Assembly (NCBI RefSeq): GCF_000315625.1
Contig: NW_005434673.1
Coordinates: 1,102,302 to 1,166,301 of the forward strand
From: Guillardia theta CCMP2712
Taxonomy: Eukaryota; Protista; Cryptophyta
Reading direction: 5' to 3'
Length of the DNA stretch: 64,000 nt
The translations under genes and the position numbers were made by a program. Positions within the stretch are counted from its first letter, which is position 1. Each line of letters starts with the position of its first letter. Below the pieces are notes generated by a model. It saw only the letters and a program-made list of their open reading frames with translations. It searched no databases and was not told where the DNA came from. Shown one piece after another: positions 1 to 14,338 of the stretch.

Positions 1-186
1 TCATCAAAAGTTAACCAGTGCACGAGAAGAGGTAGAGCAGGTACGTATCGTATACTACCGAAGTTACCGTACTGTAGATACGTACTAGAAGTTAAGTCAA
101 AAATCAGTCATGGCCCACTGCCATGTCACCGCTCCGGGGCCCGCCGGCAAAGAACTTCGAAGCAACTACGGGACTAAGTCACTGAT

Positions 187-1045
187 ACTCCTGCAGGATG
201 ACGCGTTGCGCTTTCTGTGGCAGCTGAAACGGCAGCGTTGAGATGTCTCAGGTGATGCAACTTGTAAACACATCCGGTCCAGGATCTTCCGTCAGCTCAA
301 GGCTTCCCTGTGCTTCCCTGTCAAGTAAGCCAGCACGCCAAGTTGTGAGTTTAGCAGAAGACGATGTAGTTTTTTAGCACCATTGACTGTTCGTTGCACA
401 TCCTCTCGAGGAAGGGCAGGGAAGAGAATGCTCGAGAAGATCCTCTTGTGCTGTCTACGCTTTCTAAGAATCGCTAGCCATGATGACGTTGAGTTGCCCC
501 TAAGTTGCTGCGAATCTTCCTTGAGTTCAGCAGAGATGAGCTCTAGGTCCTGCAGGAGCAAGGTGTGTTTGACTTCGTCATCTTTCTAGTACCTCCTCCC
601 GCTTCTGAGAAGAACCCTGGTTGGGAGGAGGATGACCCATTTGGCCCTTTCGAAGGAGGTGTCTCTGAACATCAAAGGATCGAAGGAAGAGTGATTAGTG
701 AAGCTTTAGCGAAACATTTCACGCTTGAGCTCGATGCTCCAGATCGTTACGACTATGGACCGAAGGAAAGAAAAGAAGGAGAGCGACTTAAGTGTTGGTT
801 CAGAGATGAGGAGAAGCAACCCTTGGAGCTCTCATGCTCAAGAAGCGAGGAAGCCAAAAGATGAAAGGATGGTGAAGCAGCAGGAGAAAAAGTGTAATGA
901 GGTTGGAATTGTACTGGATGAAGTCATGAGGATGTTTCCTTCAGTGCCTGCTGCGGAGGAGGGGGAGCGGAGGCTGGAGATGAAGGAGCTGATGAAGCTC
1001 CATCGTCTGTCTCCTCGTCCTCCAAACCTTCTTGATATCTGATCC
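187..1045 (-). mobile_element. degenerate dispersed repeat / probable retroelement relic
   Basis: 187-320 aligns by eye with 52002-52140 (actc[c/t]tgcaggatga[c/t]gcgttgcgctttctgt...catccggtccag[g/a]atctt). The minus strand carries stop-interrupted, intronless reading frames with the shared peptides RKILDRM and RKRNASSC. Confidence 0.35.
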
Positions 1046-1062
1046 TTGGCGATCTCGAGAGG

Positions 1063-1895
1063 CACATCAACAGCCTTGGCGAAGATCTCCCACTCTGCTC
1101 TCGCAGCCCTGGAGAAGAACTCGGGTGAGCACGTGAACGTGCAGGGTGCGGGAGCGGAGGGTCTGGGAGAGGAGGATCGAGAAGGAGTAGACGGAAAGGA
1201 GGAGGGAGAGGGAAGGAGCGAGAAGAGGGAAGGAGAAGAGAGAGGGAGGAGAGGGAGGGAGAAGAGGGAGAAGAGAGAGATGGCCAAGGCAAGGGAGGGA
1301 GACGAGAGGAAGGAAGGGGATGAGGAACAAGTCCGTGTGGGGGGAGCTACTTGCCCGTCGTGTCTGCTCGCGTTCGCTGCCGAGAAGTTCCCGCTGAGGA
1401 TGTCAAGCCGTGACCGATGATCGCTCAGGATCTTGGTCTCCCCGGACTTCTGCTCGTTCTCCAGGTCAAACTGCAGCGCGTCCAGACGGACACAGGCAAA
1501 GTTGGTGAGCGCCTTAGGCAGTCGGAGAGCGGCTGGGGACGTCTGCTCGCCTGCCCTTGGGGAGGAGGTGACTTCAGTCCACTCCTCCTGCTGGGGATCG
1601 TAGCGCTCGATGGAGGAGTCGACTCCATCCCTGGTCCGACCGCCGAGGGCGAGGATGCAACCATGATCCGGCAGCGCCATGAGCTTGTGGTTGGCGCGAG
1701 CTCGCGACATCCTCCTCGCAGAGCTCCAGCGGGGGGGGAAGGTGGAGGGGTCGAAGGCCTCGACTGTGTCCTCCATGTCGGGCGTGTAGGAGTAGCCGCC
1801 TGAATGGCAATGAGCAAGACCATCTCCTTGGACGTTCGTTCATGCTGCCTGGCCCTGAAGACGAGTCCGCCCATGCGCCAGGTTGAGATCGGAGA
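1063..1895 (-). pseudogene. inverted, internally deleted copy of the adjacent Kelch gene
   Basis: 1063-1804 is the reverse complement of 3269-4010 with about 4 substitutions and no indels. 1805-1895 is a diverged reverse-complement copy of ~2205-2303 (VLLIAI). The junction is out of frame. Confidence 0.85.
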
Positions 1896-2225
1896 GAGAG
1901 GAGGAGAGGAGAGGGCAAGCGGAGAGGGGAAGACAAGGATGCGGGGATGTAGGGGGATGGGGGGGAGGAAAGGAGGGCCTGGATCCGCCCCTTGAAATAA
2001 TTTCAATTTCACCCTCTCCCGTGTGCTCCCCCTTCGCTTCTCCCCTCGCGACCCTCGTCTCCTCGCTTCTCGCCCGCCTTCCATTCTTCGACCCCTGGGC
2101 CTCCAGTCTACTCTTCTCCTCTCAACGTTGCCACTACTCTCACTCCCCCTCTTCCCCTCCTCGCATCCTCGCATCCCTGCCTTGTCCTCTCCTCTCCTGC
2201 ACTCACTCCGCTCTCAACATGGAGC

Positions 2226-4506
2226 ATGGCGCATCGCGTCTCCTGGGACAAGCAGCATGAGAGCATGTCCGTGCCCATTGGGAGGGTCTTGCTCATCGCC
2301 ATCTTGTGCGAGTGTCTGTGGGAATCTTTGCATGGAAGCCATGTCGCGCCGCTTCCTCCGGCCAAGAACATGGAGGGAGAGAAGAGGACAAGGAGGCCCA
2401 GGGCTGCGAGCGGCAAGCAGAGACAGACGGAGGTTCACGAGGGCTCTATCGTCATACTGGGAGGGAGGGGGTCAGAGGACAACTGCCCGTCATCTGGTGT
2501 GTTCGCTCTGGACCTCGTGTCGAGGACGTGGGCCAAGCTTCCGTCCATGAAGGCTTGTCGGTCGAGCTCCGAGTGCGTCATGCTGGGAGACTCGCTCCTC
2601 GTGTGCGGCGGCTTCGACTTTGACGTGCTCTTTACTGTCGAGTCCCTCAGATTCAAGCACTCCTTCCTCTACACCAAGGATGAAGCCTCCTCCTCCCGCC
2701 CTCCTCTGGGGCTGCTGATACCTGATAAGTCATGGACGGACTGCCCGGACATGGAGGAGACGCGCACCAAGTTCGGCGTGTGCAGCTTGAACGGTCTGCT
2801 GTGGATCGTGGGAGGGTTGGACTCAGAGGGAGAGATTCTGAGATCTGTGGAAGTCTTTGACCCTAAGGATCGCGTGTGGGTGCGAGGAGCGGCAAGCATG
2901 ATGTACGCGCGGCAGAATCATGCAGTCGCTGTGCTCAACGGGAGGATCTACGCCATGGGAGGCACCTTGGAGGACGGGATGCCGACGGCTAGCGTGCGAG
3001 TCGCTCCTTCCCGCTGCTGCCGTGCTGATGTCACCTTAGGTTGAGAGTTACGACCCGGAGAGCAACACATGGAGGTTGGAAGCTCAGATGCTGCGGCCGC
3101 GAGAAGGTTTCTGCTCCTGCTTGACACTCTCTTCCTTCCTCACTCCCTTACTTTTACTCTTCCCCACTCTCCCTCCTCCCCTCCCTCCTTCCACTTGCCC
3201 TTCATGCCTGTCTGGTTGACTTGCCTGGAAGCGTTTGCTGCAGCAGTCTTCGAGCACTGCATCTTCATTTCAGGCGGCTACTCCTACACGCCCGACATGG
3301 AGGACACAGTCGAGGCCTTCGACCCCTCCACCTTCCCCCCCCGCTGGAGCTCTGCGAGGAGGATGTCGCGAGCTCGCGCCAACCACAAGCTCATGGCGCT
3401 GCCGGATCATGGTTGCATCCTCGCCCTCGGCGGTCAGACCAGGGATGGAGTCGACTCCTCCATCGAGCGCTACGATCCCCAGCAGGAGGAGTGGACTGAA
3501 GTCACCTCCTCCCCAAGGGCAGGCGAGCAGACGTCCCCAGCTGCTCTCCGACTGCCTAAGGCGCTCACCAACTTTGCCTGTGTCCGTCTGGACGCGCTGC
3601 AGTTTGACCTGGAGAACGAGCAGAAGTCCGGGGAGACCAAGATCCTGAGCGATCATCGGTCACGGCTTGACATCCTCAGCGGGAACTTCTCGGCAGCGAA
3701 CGCGAGCAGACACGACGGGCAAGTAGCTCCCCCCACACGGACTTGTTCCTCATCCCCTTCCTTCCTCTCGTCTCCCTCCCTTGCCTTGGCCATCTCTCTC
3801 TTCTCGCTCTTCTCCCTCCCTCTCCTCCCTCTCTCTTCTCCTTCCCTCTTCTCGCTCCTTCCCTCTCCCTCCTCCTTTCCGTCTGCTCCTTCTCGATCCT
3901 CCTCTCCCAGACCCTCCGCTCCCGCACCCTGCACGTTCACGTGCTCACCCGAGTTCTTCTCCAGGGCTGCGAGAGCAGAGTGGGAGATCTTCGCCAAGGC
4001 TGTTGATGTGACGGGGTTATGAGCCTCTGCCCTCCTCTCACCCTCCTCTCAGGATCACTACGGCGACAAGATCACCAAGATGATAGACGAGTGCGAGGTC
4101 CCCGTCCTTCCCGTGCGTCCTCCTCCCTCTTGTGCCTCTTCCGCTGACCTTGGGCCCCCTCTGCTCTGCCACATCTCAGGACGAGCTGCGAGAGCTGGGT
4201 GGGTCTCGAAACTAGATGGCGCTGGCTGACTTGTCTGCAGTGGACGAGGATGACGCGGCGACGAGGAAGGAGCTCGTCATCAACGCGACAGAAGATCTGG
4301 TCGGCATCGCGCTCAAGGTGAGCCGGGTAGACATGCTTGCTCCTGCTAACCTCCCGCAGGGCGACAAGAAGCTGGAGGAGGAGCTGGACAGCGAGCTGGA
4401 GCTGGAGCTGCAGAAGCTGAGGAACAGCTCGTTGATATCCAAGGCGAAGAGGAGCGGAGGGCCGAGAGGAAGGCGAGGAAGAGGTTCATTCAAGAAGTTA
4501 CAATGA
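2226..4506 (+). CDS. Kelch-repeat protein, multi-exon
   Basis: Repeated Kelch motifs IVILGG, LLVCGGFD, LWIVGG..SVEVFDP..W, IYAMGG, FISGG..VEAFDP, ILALGG..SIERYDP..W. Short GT-AG introns. Stop at 4506. Confidence 0.9.
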
Positions 4507-4532
4507 AAGCGATACTCCTTTCCTTCTAGAGC

Positions 4533-7346
<2,814 letters not shown>

Positions 7347-8471
7347 CTGAACAGCCTGAGAAGATGTGTCAAGGTAAGATACAGGAAATGTCACGTGACG
7401 CAATGAGATGTGCAAAAGCAGCATTGGTGTTTGAAACTGACAAGAGGAGAGAGCAGACGATCCTTCCACAGAGATCAAAACTGGGTGTACTGAAAAAGAT
7501 GTTCCAAAATCGAAAGTCTGTGCGTCTTTGTGAGATTTATGCCTTCCTCGCCTTGTCGTGACTGTGGTTGTGACAAAACCCTGCTGCTGTCGCACACGCC
7601 TAAATGTTCGGCTCTCTTCTTCTCCTCTCTTCTAAGTTCTACTTTATGTGTTTTCCTTCCTCCTCATAAGCCATGCAGGTTTTCTGCTTGTGCGTTCCGT
7701 TGTCTTCCTCCTCCGCCTCTCATCCGCATGTTATCCTACTCTTCCTGCCTCGCTTCGTTCATTGCGTTTCAAGACCTCCCCTACCCCTCCCAGTCCCCTA
7801 CCAACACCACCATACATCTTGTACCCCTCCCCCTAAATCCATAATGAATAGGGCTGCACGACCCCTACTAAAATTTCACCACCGTCACCCCCTTGCAAAA
7901 GATTTCTGTTCACAGAGGACCCTCGATCAGAGGTACAGGCACCCCTGCTTTTCCACGTCTAAAGGCTAAAAGTTTCCCCCCTAACCCCCCACCCCCACCC
8001 CTACCTCTTGACCACAGCACACCTCCGTCTCTACGAAAATGTGAAGGGACTCAACAAAATGGTGGAAGAGAGGGGAAGGTACGACGGAAAGAGGTGTCCA
8101 TGGAGAGAAGAGTAGAGAACGTAAACAGGTCGGGCTGTGGTGAGATGCAGCATGGTGAAAAGAGAGGAGCGGCGAAAGACTGTAGCCCACCATATGAGAA
8201 TTGAAATTCGGAATACAATGTATGAGCAGAAAGGTGGGGTAAGAGGCAGGTGCATGAGGGGATGGACTAGCATGGAGCTGGGTGAGCAACAAACGCCTCG
8301 AAAATGCCAAAAAGGAATGACGACTCGGACACGGTGGAAGTCAAAACTACAAGGAAGCTACTACATTCTAGTAAAAGATACAAATAATGAATTATTTTGT
8401 CATCCCATCCCACCCCATCGCTTCGCATCGCAAATCCACGCACCCCATCTCAACTGAACTGATCCCATCTC

Positions 8472-9911
8472 CTAGGTCGTCTTTTCTTGTGGAGCGATCT
8501 CTTGGAACCAATCGTTGAGGATTCGGTTCAGTTCCTCCGGAGACTCATGATGAATCCAATGCCCAGCATTCTCAACAGTCTCAACTCGTGAGTTAGGAAA
8601 GAACCGACGAATGGTGTCGAAGTGAACATCCTGCACATGTATCAAAATCTTAAACACAGATGTCTTTAGGCTATACTTGCACGTATTTTGATCTGCCTCC
8701 TCTCACAAAAAGCGTTGGACCGTCGTAAGTCAAGTTTGAATCCTGCAACAAGGTAATGGAGAGCAAGTGGAGGCATGGAGTTCTTACAACGTTGAACTTC
8801 TTCAGCTCTCCATTCTTCACTCCTTCGCTGAAAGGAGCAAATTTCGTTAGCAGCGTTGCGATCTCACCTCAAACCTACCGAATAGATTGCACGTTCACCT
8901 TCCACTTGAACTGCACCGAAAATGTTGATTTCAGATTACAACAAGCTGAAACATTCTCCAAACCTTTTTGGTCTCTTGAACTTGAGTTAAATTTGTCAAG
9001 ATAAACTCCCTAGTTTCCTGATCCTGTTTAAAAATAGCGCAAAATCAACCGCGAAGCAACGAAAAGCGAGAGCACACAGGAATCTCCTTCGATAGCAAAT
9101 CACGAGCTTGAGCGACAGAGGTGATTGAATTGAGATCTAGATTCTACAAAAAGTCACTTATCTCGGTCAGCAAGAATAGGTCAGCAAGGATCCTACGGCC
9201 ATTGCATCCAGGATGGAAAGATGCATGGAGGAAGAGGAATACTCCACAGGTGCAATGTCAACAACAACCAGACTAGCCAGTTTGTCTGGATACTGTCATG
9301 ACTGAGTCAAGAAAACAGAAGAGTACGACAAAGATAGTCTGACTTTGAGCGCCATGTTCATGGCAACTTTTCCTCCCATAGAATGACCAATCAATGAAAG
9401 TTTTTCAGCCCCCAGCCCATTCGCGAATCCAAGAACATCCTCGCACCTGCATGTACATTCAACGCTATCGTAGGATGATGTAATTGCAATGGGGGGTCAC
9501 ATTTCGTCGTAGAGCATCGAAGATGCGTGTTGTGAACGTCCGTGGTTTCGAAGATCGAGAGCACAAACGTATCGACCAGGTAGAAAATCTTCTCTCACTA
9601 GAAGACTCCTCCAGTTGTATGAACTGCAAGAAAGCAAAAGTGACGCGCAATGATAGCCAGGTCACAAATTACCTTCCAAGCATGCCGTGAAGGATGAAAG
9701 TTATGGGCTTGCTTGTGTAGTCTTTGATATCACCAATCCGTTTTGGTATGAAAGAAGCTAACTCAACCGTTGGTATCGAATGAACAGACCTCCCACTTCC
9801 CCCAAGACAAAGTTGTCTCGATGCCAAAGCTGTACACGACAAGCTCCATGAAAGATTATGCCGGGCTAATTTGCTCCAAACGTCGAATCCGCGCATACCT
9901 CTACCCAACAT
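8472..9911 (-). CDS. alpha/beta hydrolase, ABHD11/YbfF-like, with a mitochondrial-type N-terminus
   Basis: FILHGMLG, nucleophile motif GHSMGGKVAM (~9360-9390), VVVDIAP, and AGHWIHHESPEE carrying the catalytic His. Confidence 0.9.
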
Positions 9912-9932
9912 GGAAGACTAAGAAAAAGCCTG

Positions 9933-10551
9933 ACAACAGAAATTGAAGTTATTTCAAGGAACGAGCCACGGGTTGTGTAAAAATCAAACCCTTTCATCAT
10001 GTCGAACCAAAAACCAAGAAAATTTGATGGGGAAAGAGAGTATACAGAAGCTATCTCAGGGACGGACCATAGAAAGAAATTATCTCAACAGGAAAGAGCA
10101 CATCAATAGATTGTGAAAGTCACCCATGGGGCCAAGGGCATTGATTCCTACAATGCATTGACAAAGCAGGTGAACAGGTTGAGCTCAGCTGGAATGCAAG
10201 CATTTCGTGCGAGGTTTAATGTGATGTTTGTGCATAGACAAGTGCAAGAAAACATGACAACGAAACCAAACATGAGTGAACTTACAGAAATGAGATTGTG
10301 AGATCAACAAGTAGCAAAGGAGGGACAGAGGAAATGAGTGAAGAATCACGAACATAGCACTCCTCTGCACAAAAATTTCCGCATCCCTATACAAAGATTA
10401 GCGTCCATGAGAAACAAGAGCGTGGAGTATGAAGCAGGAAGATAGATCTTGACATGGGAACGATGAAGCAACAAGGAACATTGCTGTATGTGATTGCCGC
10501 AAGGTCGCAGGCACTAGAAGCTGCATGGAGGAGCCGGCATGGACCTGCTAA
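9933..10551 (+). pseudogene. decayed Fanzor/TnpB-like RuvC nuclease remnant
   Basis: Stop- and frameshift-interrupted, intronless frame with, in order, IEVISRNEPR..NPFIMS (RuvC-I-like), QAFRARFNVMFV(HRQV)QENMTTK (RuvC-II-like VxExxTTK) and W/NDEATRNI (RuvC-III-like WxRDxNAxxNI). Recognised by motif memory only. Confidence 0.45.
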
Positions 10552-10968
10552 ATCGCGTTTTTTAAATTCAAGTAACTATTTTGATTTGAATTTTTGTGGA
10601 ACATATTTGAAAATTCACACAGTATTTATACATAAAATTGGACAAATGAAAAAATCGCGCGAGAACCGGAGGAGCAGGGAGGAGACCAGGAGGCGCAAGG
10701 AGGCAGAGGAGCGAGTGAAGTTGCTCGAGGAGAAGAGAACAAACAGACTTGAGAGGAGGACAAAAAGACATGAGAATAGGTTCAACAGACATGTGTTTCC
10801 ATCTGACGACAACGAAGAAAGGCAAGTAACATCATTCATCATTCGTACACCTAAAGAAAATTGCTCGGAAACACCAGTGTAAAAATTGAGGAAATATTCC
10901 TTTACTTTTTATGTATGTAGCGCTGTCAACGTATAAGAAAAAAATCAATTGAGAGTATGCTTGTTGTT

Positions 10969-11849
10969 CTATGCTGAAATCAATGGCTGAATTCCTAACT
11001 TGACTAATAAGTTCTTGTTCCTTGCGATATTTGCTTGCCTTCTCTTCTCGTACTCAGAGGCTTCTGAAGAACTCTCCTCCAGCGCAAAATTGACTTCACA
11101 CGGCATCGATGCCGAAGGAGCTTTTCTGTTTGCTGAAAGATCTCTTTCTCCTCCTCCTGCATTTAATCGACAATTGCATTGCGACTGACGGGGTGGAAAC
11201 AAACAAAAATTGCATGTCCAGTTACCACAAATGATGTTTGCTTTCGCGAACTGTAAACACGTGCTGTGCGCTGAAATCGTGCAATGCTTGCATTGCAGTA
11301 GATTACCTCCTCTCTTGCAGATGCAGCAGAATTCTTGTTGCACAACCTGCTTTGACGATGGTCTTAAACAGATATCACTCCGGCGAGCCTGCTCGTTGCC
11401 TTGACTAATGGGAGCCGATCGGTCAAGAAAGAACCAAAGAACACCATAATCCTTCACATTCAGATCGTGCAGCCATTTTTGTCCACTATCAAATTCAGAG
11501 CGAGGATATCTGACCTGTTGCAAACAGTCACCAAAAAACAACACACATTGAGTTCTCGAACCCAGTATCCTCGATTCACTCTACCTTTGTTCCTGAGCAT
11601 GACTGTCCCTGTATGCCAACCGTCGTGAAAGACGTGGGCAATTTTTTGACCGGATAACTTTTTGCCTCTTTTCAGCAAACTTTCAACGTCTGCGCCAGAT
11701 AGACGAGCATGTCGAAAGATGTGCGGAATGTTTGATGATGTTTTGAATCGTCTGTTCTTGAATATCTGAAAAATCTTCTTTTCCTGTATGATTTTTTGCT
11801 TCAAGACAGTAAAATACGGTGATCTTCGGCATTTGCACCAACATTTCAT
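10969..11849 (-). CDS. PHD-finger protein with an upstream Tudor/SH3-like segment
   Basis: CCICKRGGNLLQCKHCTISAHSTC...WTCNFC is a C4HC3 PHD. C-terminal SEYEKRRQANIARNKNLLVKLGI helix. An intron at ~11515-11561 joins GYW|VRYP. Start uncertain. Confidence 0.75.
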
Positions 11850-11999
11850 GACGGCAAAAGAAATCTTATTCGTTGTTCAATCAGCTCTGCAAATCTCAGT
11901 ACATCACCAAGACAACGTGAAATGTAGTTCTTCAATACAAGTTGTCTGCAAACTGCGTTAGTCTGTCTTCTCTGTGAATCTTTCCACACCGTCTATCTT

Positions 12000-12225
12000 C
12001 TCTTGCTCTCCTCCTCGTACTCCTGACCTTGCTCTATCTCCGTCGTCTATATCTACCTCTCCTCTTCTTACTCCTGACCTTACTCTACCTTCCTCTTCTA
12101 TCTCCGTGCTCTCTATCTACCTCTCCTCCTCTTACTCCTGACCTTACTCTACTTTTCCTCTTCTATCTCCGTGCTCTATATCTATGTCTTCTTCTCTTAC
12201 TCCTGACCTGACCTTGCTCTACCTC
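12000..12225. repeat. degenerate pyrimidine-rich minisatellite
   Basis: Recurring units ttactcctgacct and tctatctccgtgctct. Confidence 0.7.
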
Positions 12226-12368
12226 ACACAACCAATCAACATCCACAACCACAAACTTCCCCCACCCCACCCCTCTAAAGTGACCCCACCCCCTGCCCTA
12301 CTTTTTCTTACCTTTTTCCCTCACCACCCAACCAAATATTATTCTATCAGTGATATCCGCCGCATTGA

Positions 12369-14275
12369 ATGGTGCGTCGCAGCGCCATCGGGCTCATGCT
12401 CCAGGGAACTCAGATCGAGCACAAGATGGTAAGATGAGAGAATAAGATGGTGTGCGAACAGATAAGTACTTGCCAGCTAATGTTACGTCACAATTCTGAG
12501 ATGTTAGTGACAAGGGCACTACGGCAGCATGATTGTCAGATTTTTGACGATTTATGGTTTCTTGTTCAGATCGGCAGCCCTGCCATGAGCTGTGATCAAC
12601 TGAAAAGAGGAGATACCATTCTCATGGTGATTTCTTTGTGAAAGTTACAGGACAAGGATGACGTAAGAAGACAGGTAGATGGAGTAGAAGTTACAGCTGA
12701 GACAATACATCCGCTACTCCTTGGTAACGACGAGCCTGGATCCAAAGTTTTGCTGAGATTGAGGAAGATGGCCACGGTCAGTCGATTTCATGCCTTTCAT
12801 GCAGTAAGAAGATGAAGTTTCGCACAGGACGAGACAATAGAAGTAGTAGTGCAGAGATTTGAGATTGCAAAACATGAGGAACAAAAAAAGGTTTTTGATG
12901 CATTCTCTGAGATAAAGGATCTTTCTACTCGCCTCAAGAATCAACATCTTTCTGAAGTGGTCGATCATGTATTAAATAAACTTTTGTAGAGCACTAAGCA
13001 AGAATTGACAGAATCCTTACAGGCAATTGAGTGCTGGAACAATTTGGAAGAGTCAAACCAATCCAAGATTTCTACGCTTGATCGCTTGGTCCAATCGCAT
13101 CAAGAACAAGCTCGTGAATATGTTCTCCAGTCCATGAGCTGCTTGCGCGATGTGATCTCAATCGGGGAAGAAAAAGAAGACGAATACACAAGCTTGATCC
13201 AACAGCTTGAAATTACATGCACAAAAAAGGATCAAGAAACTCAAAGGATTGAGAAGGCAGTTGCAGATTTGAATAGTCAATTGCTTACTTTGCGAGATGA
13301 ACTTATCTCGCAAACAACACAGCGCGACAAAACAAGAGCTGAATATCTCAAAGCAAAAGACCGATTGAGCTATGAAAAGGAGAAGCGAGCATTAGCAGAG
13401 GACAAGTACAGGGAGACAAATCATCAGCTGAGGAGTGAGAAGGAGGTCCAAAGAATTCTTCTCCATTCGTTTGATACATTCTACTCGATTTTTGAGAATC
13501 AGGCTCAAGAAATCAATCTCCTTCTGGTTTCTTGCCAGTCTCTCATCCAAGAATACAAGGCTTCTAAGGATATCCCGTTCAATCCACCGCCTCTCAACCA
13601 AGTCATGCAAGGGTTTGCTTTAGACACGAGCAAGTTGAATATGACAGGATTGAATGATCTCTTGAAGAATTTTAGTCAAACCACTTTAAGTCTTACGCCT
13701 CAAAAGATGGACAACAAGGCCAAGTTTGTTCCTGTCAAGGCCAATAGCATCAAGTTACAACAATATGATCCCAAAGAAGCAGTGTTTGGAAAAAAGAAGA
13801 TAGTCTTGGAAGCAGTTGTGGCAGATCAAACCAGCAAAAACAGAGTCCCTGAGGTAACTAGTCTACTCTATGTGCTGAATAGTTACTTGGTCTCAGTTTG
13901 GAGATGTTGTGCTCGAAGTGAATTCAACTATGGTCTTGGACATCTGCGATCTCCGACTTCTTATGAAGAACAAGACGGTCTTTGTCTTTCTTCACCACGT
14001 CTGCTTAGTGTTTCTTTACAGGCCTGTATCACAGTCTACCGCAATGGTAAAATTCATTCTTTCAACCTTCCTCCTGGGCTGCTCATGGTTCCTGCTCTTG
14101 ATCAGCCAGGTATGTCCAAACTCCGTATCATTCTATTAAAGCAATTCTGCTTTCAGACTCTGTCAAGCAAGAAAAAGACGGCAGTGTGCATGTGAATGTT
14201 CTGTTTGCCGGCGGGTTGTCGATAAGATTCTATCAAGAAAGGATTCTAGCGGAAGTTTTGGAAGAAAAAGAATGA
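12369..14275 (+). CDS. PDZ-domain / coiled-coil protein, multi-exon
   Basis: Spliced reading IGLMLQG...IGSPA...LKRGDTIL|VDGVEVT...LLGNDEPGSKVLLRL (PDZ), followed by a long heptad-rich exon from 13005. Confidence 0.75.
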
Positions 14276-14338
14276 AACGCAAAACCCAGTCCTATGTCAG
14301 TGATGTACAGCTTCTATTCTTTCACAAAAGTATAAATA

